From: a virus
Lineage: Duplodnaviria; Caudoviricetes
Reading direction: 5' to 3' (one strand)
IMG/VR virus record: IMGVR_UViG_3300005261_000007
Span: 1-40,841 of that record
DNA: 40,841 nucleotides
Shown here piece after piece: positions 7,916 through 17,182 of this stretch. The number at the start of each line of letters is the position of its first letter. Position 1 is the first letter of the stretch. Position numbers and translations under genes: made by a program. The notes beneath the pieces were generated by a model. The model saw nothing but the letters and a program-made list of their open reading frames with translations. It was not told the origin of the DNA and made no database searches.

Positions 7916-8328
7916 TGAAGCCTGTAACCCCCGGCACCAAGACCGCTAAGGTCCTCTCGTACCTCCAGACGGGCCACTCCCTGGACTTCCCCAAGGCCAT
8001 CGGCATGTGGGGCCATATCCGCCTCTCGGATGTTGTCTTCCGCCTCCGCGCCAAGGGCTACCCGATCACCACGGAAATCGTCAAGAACGGCAACGTGGAG
8101 TACGCCATCTACCGGCTCCCGAAGACGCCCAACCGGGACACCAAGAAGGGGACCCGCGTTCGCGTCCTCTCGACCTTCGGGGGCTCTGATGTATTCATCG
8201 GCAAGGTTGGCTTCCTACGCTGCCACACCCTGCCCACTGGCGAAGAGTCCCGCTACGAGTGCCATGTCCATATTGCGGGGCAGACCGGAACCGTCGCCTT
8301 CAACTACAACGAACTGGAAATCATCTGA
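7915..8328 (+). CDS. Helix-turn-helix domain protein with a C-terminal beta domain
   Basis: KVLSYLQTGHSL...RLSDVVFRLRAKGYPITT...YRL resembles small phage winged-HTH proteins. Confidence 0.7.
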   Translation: MKPVTPGTKTAKVLSYLQTGHSLDFPKAIGMWGHIRLSDVVFRLRAKGYPITTEIVKNGNVEYAIYRLPKTPNRDTKKGTRVRVLSTFGGSDVFIGKVGFLRCHTLPTGEESRYECHVHIAGQTGTVAFNYNELEII

Positions 8329-8528
8329 TGATTCAACACACGACGATGGCGATTGCCTTCAGCGAGGCCCGCGCATCCATTAACCCGTACCCGGCCAAGT
8401 TGGCTTCCCAGGTTGTCGATTCAATGGGGCGCTACTCCCGTAATCGTCGCCCGATGAAGGACTGGACCGCCAAGCTCAGTTTCCGGACGGCCTCCTACCT
8501 GAAATCCAAGGGTGTCCCACTCCAGTGA
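8328..8528 (+). CDS. Hypothetical protein (66 aa)
   Basis: TGATG coupling; fills the gap before the primase. Confidence 0.5.
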   Translation: MIQHTTMAIAFSEARASINPYPAKLASQVVDSMGRYSRNRRPMKDWTAKLSFRTASYLKSKGVPLQ

Positions 8529-10149
8529 TACCGAATCGTCCTTTGTTTGCCACCAACCCTGCGACAACTGCGGGTCGAGTGATGCGGGATGCCTCTACTC
8601 AGACGGCCACACGTATTGCCAGGTGTGCAAGCACTGGACGCCCCCAACGGATTCACCTGTAGGGGAACCTGCAAGAAAGCACAAGATTAGTAGTGACCTG
8701 ATTCAGGGCGAAGTTAAGGCTTTGTCCAAGCGGGGCATCACTGAGGAAACCTGTCAGAAGTTCCGCTACCAAGTCGGGAAGGATCGGGAGGGTTCTCCCG
8801 TCCAGATTGCCCCCTACTTTGACGGTATGGAGATGGTTGCCCAGAAGCTCCGCTACCCAAGCAAGGACTTCAAGTTCATCGGCCAACCCAAGCGGGCGTC
8901 CCTATTCGGACAGCAGCTTTGGCGCGATGGCGGAAAAATGGTGGTCATCACCGAGGGCGAGATTGATGCAATGACGGTCAGTCAGCTCCAAGGTAATAAG
9001 TGGCCGGTGGTATCCATCCAGAATGGTGCCCAGGCCGCGAAGCGTGAGCTTTCCAAGCAACTCGATTGGCTTGAGAAGTTCGATAGCGTGGTCCTGATGT
9101 TCGACATGGACGAACCCGGCCGTAAGGCTGTGGAAGAGTCCGCCCCACTGTTCTCCCCTGGCAAGTGCAAGGTGGCCTCCCTTCCCCTGAAGGACGCCAA
9201 TGAGATGCTTCTAGCGGGGCGCGGTGCGGAAGTCATTGATGCTATCTGGGGTGCCAAGGAGTACCGACCTGACGGTCTGGTGTCTTTCAAGGACATCAAG
9301 GAGCGCATCAAGAAGCCTATTGAGCTGGGCCTGCCGTGGTTCCTGGATAGCCTTACAGAGGCTACCTACGGACGCCGCTACGGGGAACTGTATGGGCTTG
9401 GCGCTGGTACGGGTGTGGGGAAAACCGACTTCCTGACCCAGCAGATAGCCTATGACATCACCGTTCTAAAGCAGCGTGTTGGCCTCCTGTTCCTGGAGAC
9501 ACCCGTAGAGGAACTAGGGAAGCGTGTAGCTGGCAAGGTTGCCGGTAAGACCTTCCACATTCCTGACGGGACCTGGACGCAGGACGAGCTAGACATCCAA
9601 GTGGATGCCCTGGACGAAGGCGGGACCATGTATGACTCCTTCGGCCAAACCGATTGGGATGTCATCAAGGGCCACATCCGGTTCATGGCGCTATCCCAAG
9701 GTATCCGCATCTTCTATGTGGATCACCTCACGGCGATGGCGGACACCCAGGACGAAAAGGGCTCCCTGGAGCAAATCCTGAAGGAGATGGCTGGCCTGGC
9801 CCAAGAGCTGGGAATCATCATTCACTACGTCAGTCACCTCTCGACTCCTGAAGGGAAACCTCACGAAGAGGGGGGCCGCGTGATGATCCGCCACTTCAAA
9901 GGTTCCCGCGCTATCGGCTTCTGGACTCACTTCATGTTCGGCCTGGAGAGAAATCAACAGGACGACAACGAAGACCTCCGCCAGGTTACCACGCTTCGAT
10001 GCCTCAAGGATCGCTACACAGGCCGCGCTACAGGCCAAACCTTCTACCTCCGGTACGACCCCATGACGGGACTCCTCCGGGAAATAGCAAACCCATTCGA
10101 TGACTCTGAAGGCAACCCATTCCCGCCTGAAGAGAACAAGGACTTTTGA
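8512..10149 (+). CDS. gp4: DNA primase-helicase (T7 gp4 homolog)
   Basis: Zinc ribbon CDNC..CQVC, TOPRIM TEGEID and FDMD, Walker A GAGTGVGKT, VDHL, VSHL, KGS, LKDRYTG. Confidence 0.97.
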   Translation: MSHSSDTESSFVCHQPCDNCGSSDAGCLYSDGHTYCQVCKHWTPPTDSPVGEPARKHKISSDLIQGEVKALSKRGITEETCQKFRYQVGKDREGSPVQIAPYFDGMEMVAQKLRYPSKDFKFIGQPKRASLFGQQLWRDGGKMVVITEGEIDAMTVSQLQGNKWPVVSIQNGAQAAKRELSKQLDWLEKFDSVVLMFDMDEPGRKAVEESAPLFSPGKCKVASLPLKDANEMLLAGRGAEVIDAIWGAKEYRPDGLVSFKDIKERIKKPIELGLPWFLDSLTEATYGRRYGELYGLGAGTGVGKTDFLTQQIAYDITVLKQRVGLLFLETPVEELGKRVAGKVAGKTFHIPDGTWTQDELDIQVDALDEGGTMYDSFGQTDWDVIKGHIRFMALSQGIRIFYVDHLTAMADTQDEKGSLEQILKEMAGLAQELGIIIHYVSHLSTPEGKPHEEGGRVMIRHFKGSRAIGFWTHFMFGLERNQQDDNEDLRQVTTLRCLKDRYTGRATGQTFYLRYDPMTGLLREIANPFDDSEGNPFPPEENKDF

Positions 10150-10547
10150 TGAACAAATCCCTCCTGGTTGCCGCATTGATTGCGCTGACCCTGGCTGGAC
10201 AAGCGAACGCTGCCTCCTTCGGGCGCAGTAGTTCCTTCAGTAGCTCCCGCAGCTACTCCAGCTATCGCCCATCGACTCCTGCTTACCGCCCCCCGGTGGT
10301 TGCTCCGAAGGCCGCCCCTGTGGTGGTCCAGAAGAACGTCACCGTGCAGCAGAACGTCACCCATGTAACGCAATCCAGCAGCTCCGGTGGCGGCTTCATG
10401 TCGTCCATGTTCGGTTCCTTTGCTGGTGCTGGCATTGCCAACTGGCTGTTTGCCCCCAAGGCAGCACCGGCCCCGGCACCCACCCAGCAAGTGGATTGCA
10501 CCCTCCAGCAGAACAAGGCACTGGCCGTGTGCCAGCCCGCCAAGTAG
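10149..10547 (+). CDS. Exported or membrane Ser/Pro-rich protein
   Basis: Signal peptide with ANA-A cleavage, SFGRSSSFSSSRSY tract, Gly-rich hydrophobic segment, two terminal Cys. Confidence 0.7.
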   Translation: MNKSLLVAALIALTLAGQANAASFGRSSSFSSSRSYSSYRPSTPAYRPPVVAPKAAPVVVQKNVTVQQNVTHVTQSSSSGGGFMSSMFGSFAGAGIANWLFAPKAAPAPAPTQQVDCTLQQNKALAVCQPAK

Positions 10548-10581
10548 TAACACCTTTCCATAATTTCCAAGGACTTACAAC

Positions 10582-10764
10582 ATGAAGCTCATCCAAACTC
10601 TGAAGAATGCCCTCCCGGTTTCCCGCAAGGCCCACCAGGATGCACTCGCCAAGATGCACAACGAAGCCGAACACGACAAGGCATATCTGTCCGGTCAGCT
10701 CCGCCAGGTGACTGCCGCCAATATCCGCCTGGAGCGCAAGCTGCTGGCCGACGAGGAAGCCTAA
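10582..10764 (+). CDS. Hypothetical protein (60 aa)
   Basis: AAGGA RBS; tiles in the operon. Confidence 0.65.
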   Translation: MKLIQTLKNALPVSRKAHQDALAKMHNEAEHDKAYLSGQLRQVTAANIRLERKLLADEEA

Positions 10765-10766
10765 TC

Positions 10767-11294
10767 ATGGGCATCCTCCAGAACATCAAGCAGGCCCTTG
10801 CCCGCGTCTTCCCGCTGCATCTGAACGCCACTGTGGTGGCTCTGGAGGATGAACTGGACGAGGCGGAGGTCGCCCTGTACTTCAACCAATGCCGGGAAGA
10901 AAACCTGGAGTTGGAGTTGGATAAGGCAGTCGCCACCAACAACACTTACCGCACAGAAAATCAATGGCTCCATGAGGGCCTGATTCGGCTGCGTGAAGGC
11001 AACAAAGCCCTTAACGCGGAACTCAACGAGGTCTATCAGTCGATGACCCCGAAGCTCTCCACCTGGCCCATGACTGTCTCCGCTCATCTGGAAGACAGCC
11101 CTGTCGGTATCTCGTTCATTCGCGTGGAGCTTCCTGCCCTGCGCCTCTCCTCCTCAGTCAATGAAGCGGTACGCCGTGGCCTGTTCAAGGGCTACACCGA
11201 AGTGTTCGCTGAAAACATCGCCAAGACCGCCCACAAGGAAGTCAAGGCAGCAGTAACCGACATCCTCAACGCAACCCTCCCGATCAAGAAATAA
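10767..11294 (+). CDS. Hypothetical coiled-coil protein (175 aa)
   Basis: GAGGA RBS; heptad-like acidic segment. Confidence 0.7.
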   Translation: MGILQNIKQALARVFPLHLNATVVALEDELDEAEVALYFNQCREENLELELDKAVATNNTYRTENQWLHEGLIRLREGNKALNAELNEVYQSMTPKLSTWPMTVSAHLEDSPVGISFIRVELPALRLSSSVNEAVRRGLFKGYTEVFAENIAKTAHKEVKAAVTDILNATLPIKK

Positions 11295-11302
11295 GGAAAC
11301 CC

Positions 11303-11620
11303 ATGTTCTCCATCTTCAAGAAGAAATCCCTGAATACCCTCCTGGCCTCCTTTACCAAGCTCATCGAAGACCTCCGCAAGCTGGCCTCCGACAAACTGAA
11401 GGAAGCCGAGCAGAAGGAAGCCAAGGCATTCATCATCCAGGAAAAGGCCCGTGTGGAATCGGCCCGCATCCTGGCGGCTGCACGTAACGAAGCTGCTGGC
11501 CTCTACAACGAAGTCGAAGCTGCTGAAGTCGAAGCTGAAGAAGCCCTGGCCGCTGCCGACAAGTGGGAAGCCCTGGTGGGCAGCAGCGTCGTTCTCGAAG
11601 CGGCAGCCGAACAACTGTGA
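11303..11620 (+). CDS. Hypothetical Ala/Glu-rich coiled-coil protein (105 aa)
   Basis: TAAGGA RBS; helical composition. Confidence 0.7.
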   Translation: MFSIFKKKSLNTLLASFTKLIEDLRKLASDKLKEAEQKEAKAFIIQEKARVESARILAAARNEAAGLYNEVEAAEVEAEEALAAADKWEALVGSSVVLEAAAEQL

Positions 11621-13692
11621 CCCAGCCGGGACCCTACGGGGTTCCGGTGCATCTCTTTGACATCGAAACCAACGGGCTGTTGGATCAACTGACCACGGCC
11701 CACTGTCTTGTCATCAAGGACGCCTCCACGGGGGTGTCCCTCCGCTACAACGATCAACCCATACCCGTCATCAAGCACGGGTCCATAGAGGATGGAGTCC
11801 GCCGGCTCCAGAACGCCTCTGACTCCGGTGAGTACATCGCGGGTCACAACGTCATTAAGTTTGACATCCCAGCACTCCACAAGCTGTTCCCCTGGTTCAA
11901 GCCCAACTTGGCCTACGTTCGGGACACCTTGGTGCTTGTCCGCCTTCTGTATCCAGCCGAAAGCCTGATTGACCTCGACATGAGGTTGATGAAGCGCAAG
12001 GTGAATTCCCTCCCTGGAAACCTCTTCAAGAAGCAATCGCTTGAAGCCTGGGGTTACCGCCTGGGGGTATTCAAGGATGACTACGAAGGGGACCCGGCTA
12101 TCCCCGATGAGAAAGAACGCAAGGCCCGCAAGTGGGAATCCTGGAATCAAACTATGGATGACTACTGTGTGCAGGACGTTGAGGCTACCCATGCTCTATG
12201 GAACCTCTGCATGTCCAAGGTGGAAGGCGAACAGTTCGTCCCGCCGAAGCCCAAGAAGGGGGCCATCATGGAACCCTTCAGCCTCCAGTGCGTAACCCTG
12301 GAGCATCAAGTGGCCTGCATCATCGCCGCCCAAGAGCGGTTCGGTGTGCACTTCGACTCATACAAAGCCGGGAAGCTCCTGGCCGAGATGGTCAAAGAGA
12401 AGCTGAAGATTGATGAAGCCCTGAAGGTTAGCTTCAAGCCTCGCTACTTCACTGACGGCAAGGTGATGACCCCCTCAGTGTCTCGCCGGGACCAGGAAGA
12501 ACTCCTTGGGTTCAACTACCAGCGCCCCATCTACGAGGGTAAAGGCAAGGCGAAGACCATCAAGGGCTACTGCTACAAGTCCTATGACTTTGTGGAGGGT
12601 GCCCCCTACTGCAAGGTCAAGTTGGTGGAGTTCAACCCAGGCTCCCGCGTCCATATCCACGTTTGGCTGAAGGCCCTCCACGGCTGGGAGCCCTCCGAGT
12701 GGAATGCGGATGGCACCGCAAAGGTTGATGAGAAGGTGCTGGAGAAGCTGCCCTTCCCCGAAGCCAAGGTATTCAATAGCTACCTGACTATCTGCAAGCG
12801 CATGGGCCAGCTATCCGAAGGGAAAGAGTCCTGGCTGCGGCATGAGGTCAATGGGCGCATCCACGGACAAATGGTCACCAATGGCGCTGTCACCGGGCGG
12901 GCCACCCACAGTAACCCCAACATGGGCCAAGTGCCTGGAGTCCGAAAGGGCAAGGGACCGGATGGCGCTGAAGTCATCCTAATGGGCCTTGAAGGTTATT
13001 GGGGGTACGAATGTCGGGGCCTCTTTGGTCCGCCTCCTGGTTACGTCCAGGTGGGTATCGACATGTCCGGTATTGAGCTGCGCTGCCTGGCCCACTTCAT
13101 GGCCCGCTACGATGGTGGAGCCTATGGCCGCATCGTTGTAGATGGAGACATCCACACCGAGAACCAGAAGGCTGCTGGGCTTCCCACGCGGGGCAACGCC
13201 AAGACATTCATCTACGCCTTCCTGTATGGAGCTGGCGGCGAAAAGATTGGCTCAATCATCGGCAAGGGTAAGCAGGCTGGCGAAGCCCTCAAGGCCCGCT
13301 TCCTGAAGTCCCTACCGGCCCTCGCCAAGCTCATCGCAGTTGTCACCAAGGCCGCCTCACGGGGCTACCTGAAGGGACTCGATGGACGCATCCTGAAGGT
13401 GCGCCACAAACACGCCGCCCTCAACACCCTCCTTCAATCCGCTGGTGCAATCCTGTCCAAACAGTGGCAGGTCATCTTCCACGGAATGCTGGCGGAGGCT
13501 GGCCTGGCCGATAAGGTCCATCAAATGCTTTGGGTTCATGACGAAATCCAACTTGCTTGCCCACCCGAGCTTGCCGAGCGTGTCGGTCAGATGGCTGTAG
13601 ATGCCATTGTGAAGACTGGCGAGTTCTTCAAGTTCCGTGTCCCCATCACTGGAGAATACAAAATTGGTAAAAACTGGGCGGAATGCCACTAG
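11617..13692 (+). CDS. gp5: Family A DNA polymerase (T7 gp5 homolog); GTG start approximate
   Basis: ExoI FDIET, ExoII GHNVIKFD, ExoII/III region SLEAWG and YCVQDV, TGR, motif A DMSGIELR, motif B RGNAKTFIYAFLYG, motif C VHDE. Confidence 0.97.
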   Translation: MTQPGPYGVPVHLFDIETNGLLDQLTTAHCLVIKDASTGVSLRYNDQPIPVIKHGSIEDGVRRLQNASDSGEYIAGHNVIKFDIPALHKLFPWFKPNLAYVRDTLVLVRLLYPAESLIDLDMRLMKRKVNSLPGNLFKKQSLEAWGYRLGVFKDDYEGDPAIPDEKERKARKWESWNQTMDDYCVQDVEATHALWNLCMSKVEGEQFVPPKPKKGAIMEPFSLQCVTLEHQVACIIAAQERFGVHFDSYKAGKLLAEMVKEKLKIDEALKVSFKPRYFTDGKVMTPSVSRRDQEELLGFNYQRPIYEGKGKAKTIKGYCYKSYDFVEGAPYCKVKLVEFNPGSRVHIHVWLKALHGWEPSEWNADGTAKVDEKVLEKLPFPEAKVFNSYLTICKRMGQLSEGKESWLRHEVNGRIHGQMVTNGAVTGRATHSNPNMGQVPGVRKGKGPDGAEVILMGLEGYWGYECRGLFGPPPGYVQVGIDMSGIELRCLAHFMARYDGGAYGRIVVDGDIHTENQKAAGLPTRGNAKTFIYAFLYGAGGEKIGSIIGKGKQAGEALKARFLKSLPALAKLIAVVTKAASRGYLKGLDGRILKVRHKHAALNTLLQSAGAILSKQWQVIFHGMLAEAGLADKVHQMLWVHDEIQLACPPELAERVGQMAVDAIVKTGEFFKFRVPITGEYKIGKNWAECH

Positions 13693-13972
13693 CCAATTCC
13701 GGTGCAAGGCCAAGTACGCCATCCTCTTCAAGTCAAGCACCTCCAGGGTTTCCTCCGAGGGAATCGGAAAGCGCCTGACTGAGGTAGTGCAGCAGGCATA
13801 CACAAAGCCCTTCAGCTTGCAGTCCGACTTCGCAAGGTCCAACTCCTTCTTTGTCGCCGCCGCTGCAAGTCTGGGCTACATCTCAACGAGGACCAGCCCC
13901 CGGAGTGCCCACTACGGGCACCTGTGGAGAACCACACGGGCCGGTCTTCAATACCTGGAAAAAGACGAATGA
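13637..13972 (+). CDS. T7 gp5.7-like protein; true start uncertain, probably further downstream
   Basis: [26 protein letters not shown]...[11 protein letters not shown] aligns by eye with T7 gp5.7; syntenic after the DNA polymerase. Confidence 0.75.
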   Translation: MSPSLENTKLVKTGRNATSQFRCKAKYAILFKSSTSRVSSEGIGKRLTEVVQQAYTKPFSLQSDFARSNSFFVAAAASLGYISTRTSPRSAHYGHLWRTTRAGLQYLEKDE

Positions 13973-14230
13973 ATTTCGGAGCAGCCCTGCATGCCCTCAA
14001 GGAGGGTAAGCGTGTAGCACGCATGGGATGGAACGGTAAGGGTATGTTCATATTCCTGGTCCCTGGCTCTACCTTCAAGGTAAGCCGCCCGCCGTTGATG
14101 GGAATCTACCCTGAAGGTACGGAAATCAACTACTGCCCCCCACATAGACATGCAAGGGGCGGATGGTCGGGTGTTCGCTTGGAACCCGAACCAGTTGGAT
14201 GTCCTAGCTGATGACTGGTGCGTCCTCTGA
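13969..14230 (+). pseudogene. DUF2829 / Tad2-like anti-defence protein with a +1 frameshift at C6 (14136-14141)
   Basis: [30 protein letters not shown] in one frame and [24 protein letters not shown] in another; removing one C gives 86 aa ending in a TGATG overlap with the next gene. Confidence 0.85.
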
Positions 14231-14646
14231 TGGCTGTAGGTCTTGATGATGCCATTGCGGTGGGCCTGAAGCTCATCGACAAATGGTTCCCTTCCGAGTC
14301 CGAGAAGAACGCCGCCAAGTTGCAACTCCTGGAGATGCAGCAGAAGGGTGACTTCAAAGAGTGGGATGTCCTGGCGCAGTCCGACAAGAACCAGGCAGAC
14401 GTGAATCTAGCGGAGGCCCAATCGGAGTCTCTGATGAAATCCGGCTGGCGTCCCTTCATTGGCTGGACCTGTGGGGCGGCCTTCGCTGTTGAGTTCGTGG
14501 TGGCACCCTTTGCAACCTGGGGCGCAAAGCTCCTGGGCAAGACTGTGGAGTTCCCTTCGCTGGACATGACGCAGCTCCTTCCGGTCCTCTTCGGGATGCT
14601 TGGCTTGGGTGCCTATCGGACCTACGAGAAGGTGAAGACCAAATGA
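14230..14646 (+). CDS. Holin-like protein of the GTA 3TM family
   Basis: SGWRPFIGW...LDMTQLLPVLFGMLGLGAYRTYEK signature. Confidence 0.82.
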   Translation: MAVGLDDAIAVGLKLIDKWFPSESEKNAAKLQLLEMQQKGDFKEWDVLAQSDKNQADVNLAEAQSESLMKSGWRPFIGWTCGAAFAVEFVVAPFATWGAKLLGKTVEFPSLDMTQLLPVLFGMLGLGAYRTYEKVKTK

Positions 14647-14738
14647 AGATTGCCGCTGAAGTCTTCTTCGCGGTGTGCCTTGTGGGCTGCATTTCCGCTG
14701 TGGTTCTGGCGCACATCTCCTACAGGGACGACGTATGA
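14643..14738 (+). CDS. Small hydrophobic protein (31 aa)
   Basis: MKIAAEVFFAVCLVGCISAVVLAHISYRDDV; ATGA overlaps at both ends. Confidence 0.5.
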   Translation: MKIAAEVFFAVCLVGCISAVVLAHISYRDDV

Positions 14739-14875
14739 AGTGCGGCCTACTGTTCCGCCTGGGGTCCTTCTGGATTGGAGCCCACTGGTCGCCCTATAAC
14801 CGCCGCTGGTGCATCAACCCGGTCCCCTGCGTTACCTTCTGGGTGACTCTGAAGGGCGGTAAAACTCCTAGTTGA
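14735..14875 (+). CDS. Small Trp-rich protein (46 aa)
   Basis: MKCGLLFRLGSFWIGAHWS...; ATGA overlap with the upstream ORF. Confidence 0.55.
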   Translation: MKCGLLFRLGSFWIGAHWSPYNRRWCINPVPCVTFWVTLKGGKTPS

Positions 14876-15215
14876 AAGCCTCGCAGGCGGCAATCTGCCC
14901 GCTGAAGCTGTAGCCCTTCACTGTGTTGCGCTCATCTACCTCAAGGTTTAGGACGCAAGAGTAGGAAGAGCTGCCCTGTAAGACCACCTGGCCGCTGGAG
15001 AGTGTGGTCATGTTGGGCATCGTCCTACCGGATGTCCAGGTATAGACATGCTTCCCGGCCACCCACCGATCCGAGTCAGGGTATCCAAAGCTGGCAATGG
15101 CCGCATCCACCGGCTTCCCCATAAAGTTCCCTTGTAGGTTCCTCTCGATACTTCCCGTGGAAACACAGGCAGATAGGAAGAGGCTTGCCGCAAGGGCTCC
15201 AAGGAATTTGAGCAT
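14868..15215 (-). CDS. Counter-oriented lipoprotein (115 aa)
   Basis: MLKFLGALAASLFLSA-C lipobox; GKPVDAAIASFGYP...YTW...C; fills a gap in plus-strand coding. Confidence 0.8.
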   Translation of the reverse strand: MLKFLGALAASLFLSACVSTGSIERNLQGNFMGKPVDAAIASFGYPDSDRWVAGKHVYTWTSGRTMPNMTTLSSGQVVLQGSSSYSCVLNLEVDERNTVKGYSFSGQIAACEAFN

Positions 15216-16041
15216 AATAACTACCCTTTTAATTGACGCTGACATTGTAGCCTTTCAGTTCGCGTCATCGCACCAGGAAAACCACGATTGGGGTGATGGT
15301 GTAGTAACCAAGTCAGTTGCGGATATGTCTGAGGTGACCCCGAAGATTGACGCCAAGCTGGCAGAGTGGAAGGCGCGGTGGAAGGCGGATGAGCTGATTA
15401 TCTGTCTGAGCTGCCCCCACGATGAAAACTTCCGGATGTCCGTCCTGCCCACCTACAAGGGAAAGCGGGACTACAACAACCGGCCTCTACTCCTGACGCC
15501 AATCAAGGAGTACCTGGCAAAGAACTACAAGACCTTTGCCCGCCCCAGCCTGGAAGCTGACGATGTTATGGGGATTCTCTCCACACACCCGACGTTGATC
15601 CCTGGGCGGAAGGTCATTGTGTCCGAAGACAAGGACATGAAGACCATCCCCGGCTGGCTGTGGAACCCTGCAAAGGACCCGAAGCCCTGGAAGGTATCCG
15701 AAGAGGAAGCCGACTGGTGGCACCTTTACCAGACCGTCAAGGGTGATACCACGGACTGCTATGACGGGGCTCCCGGATACGGCGACAAAGCCTACCGGGA
15801 GGTGGTGGATGCGGGGCTGAAGTATCAAGCCTACGAGTACATCTACCCCCGCAAGAAGACTACGGAAATCCGCTGGGAGAAAGTTCCTGCTGAGTCCCGC
15901 TGGGAGTCTGTGGTGTCCATCTTTGAGAAGGCTGGATTAACTGAAGAGGACGCCCTGGTGCAAGCCCGTGTGGCCCGTATCTGCCGTGCCTCTGATTACG
16001 ACTTCAAAGAAAAGAAAGTGAAGCTATGGACACCAAACTGA
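15208..16041 (+). CDS. gp6: 5'-3' exonuclease (T7 gp6 homolog); TTG start approximate
   Basis: LLIDAD, FR...PTYKGKR, LEADDVMGI, SEDKDMKTIPG, GDTTDCYDGAPGYG. Confidence 0.93.
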   Translation: MSIITTLLIDADIVAFQFASSHQENHDWGDGVVTKSVADMSEVTPKIDAKLAEWKARWKADELIICLSCPHDENFRMSVLPTYKGKRDYNNRPLLLTPIKEYLAKNYKTFARPSLEADDVMGILSTHPTLIPGRKVIVSEDKDMKTIPGWLWNPAKDPKPWKVSEEEADWWHLYQTVKGDTTDCYDGAPGYGDKAYREVVDAGLKYQAYEYIYPRKKTTEIRWEKVPAESRWESVVSIFEKAGLTEEDALVQARVARICRASDYDFKEKKVKLWTPN

Positions 16042-16301
16042 TTGGCGCTGACGCCTTCCTGGCCCTGCTGGATGAAGACGGCGAGGCTCCGGAAGGGGCT
16101 ACCGTTGTCCAGTCTGGTGATTGGGTAGTGGAGTTCAAAAACTACGCCAACAAGGAAACCATCTACAAGTTCGGTGAGCAATTCTTCTGTGTCATCGAGA
16201 ATCGAAGTGGTGATTACTACTCCGATTACGACTATGGCGAATCCACATGCTGCGAGGTGAAACCACAGGAAGTCACCGTTACCCATTACGTGGCTATCTA
16301 A
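16026..16301 (+). CDS. Hypothetical acidic protein (91 aa)
   Basis: Overlaps the gp6 end; NRSGDYYSDYDY segment. Confidence 0.7.
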   Translation: MDTKLIGADAFLALLDEDGEAPEGATVVQSGDWVVEFKNYANKETIYKFGEQFFCVIENRSGDYYSDYDYGESTCCEVKPQEVTVTHYVAI

Positions 16302-16445
16302 GTGGCATCTGACATGTCCATCCAGGAGAGAGCCATCAAGGCCCTCCGTGAAATCAAGGAGCTGGTCGCCATCTGGGCTTCCGGCAAGGTAACCCACCAG
16401 TCCGCTATGGAGCGCGTGGAAGACATCGCAAGGAAAGCCAAGTGA
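16302..16445 (+). CDS. Hypothetical protein (about 47 aa)
   Basis: Open frame that exactly fills the gap; GTGA overlap with the next gene. Confidence 0.5.
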   Translation: MASDMSIQERAIKALREIKELVAIWASGKVTHQSAMERVEDIARKAK

Positions 16446-16930
16446 GCGCCTGTTCCGCCTGCAAGAACTATGACTTCTTCCGAAACCAGTGTGGGAATGA
16501 AGCCTGCAATGAGGAGCCCAAGGTAGAGCGTGACTGCAATACCTGTAAGAGCCACATTCAGGGTGTCAATCCCTTCACGCTTCGCCCGTGCAGTTCCTGT
16601 ATTGACCTCCCGCTAACCCTGCCCAATTGGTCCCCCATGAGCAAAGCCTACGATGCTACCTTCCGGGATGAACCCCTGGCGGCCCCGAAAGAAACCCCGC
16701 TGGATACCCAAGTTGGCGGAAACCACTACAAGGGTATGAAGATTCAACCCCTGGAGTTCGCCCTGGTTAATCGCCTGGATGCAGCCCAATCCAAGGTCGT
16801 CAAGTACGTCTGCCGCGTGAAGGGTGACCTGGCGAAGCGCCTGGAAGACCTCGACAAGGCCATCCACGTAATCCAGGTTTATAAGCAGCTCTTGGCGGAT
16901 GGGAAAATCCCTTCTGAATCAATGCTATAG
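16442..16930 (+). CDS. DUF3310 / T7 gp1.7-like nucleotide kinase with a Cys-rich N-terminus
   Basis: QVGGNHYK..KIQPLEF...KYVCR.KG...LEDLDKAIH; several CxxC pairs in the N-terminal part. Confidence 0.78.
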   Translation: MSACSACKNYDFFRNQCGNEACNEEPKVERDCNTCKSHIQGVNPFTLRPCSSCIDLPLTLPNWSPMSKAYDATFRDEPLAAPKETPLDTQVGGNHYKGMKIQPLEFALVNRLDAAQSKVVKYVCRVKGDLAKRLEDLDKAIHVIQVYKQLLADGKIPSESML

Positions 16931-16932
16931 TG

Positions 16933-16949
16933 GTAAAACCTACCTATAG
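16933..16949 (+). promoter_or_regulatory. Phage RNAP late promoter
   Basis: GTAAAACCTACCTATAG at the boundary between replication and structural genes. Confidence 0.88.
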
Positions 16950-16987
16950 CATAGGCCAATCCGTTCGACTCTCCTAAAGGTTCCCTT

Positions 16988-17182
16988 ATGGATTCTCTAA
17001 AGATTGGCTTCCAGATGTCTGAAGACTTCCTCCGGTCGCTCAATGAGATGTACCCGCCTCGCCCTCCTGACCCCAAAGATTCCGAAAGGGAAATCTGGAT
17101 GAAGGCCGGTGAGCGGCGACTGGTTGAGGTTCTTCAGTCGAAGTTCAACGAAGCAAACGAAGGACTGATGAATGTGCGGTAG
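16988..17182 (+). CDS. Small first late protein (64 aa)
   Basis: First ORF after the late promoter; AAAGG RBS. Confidence 0.7.
   Translation: MDSLKIGFQMSEDFLRSLNEMYPPRPPDPKDSEREIWMKAGERRLVEVLQSKFNEANEGLMNVR

Noticed and set aside
13924-14211. ORF-track 95-aa protein as the true product
   Set aside because: The C-terminus after YCP is out of frame with the family signature; treated as a frameshifted gene 13969-14230.
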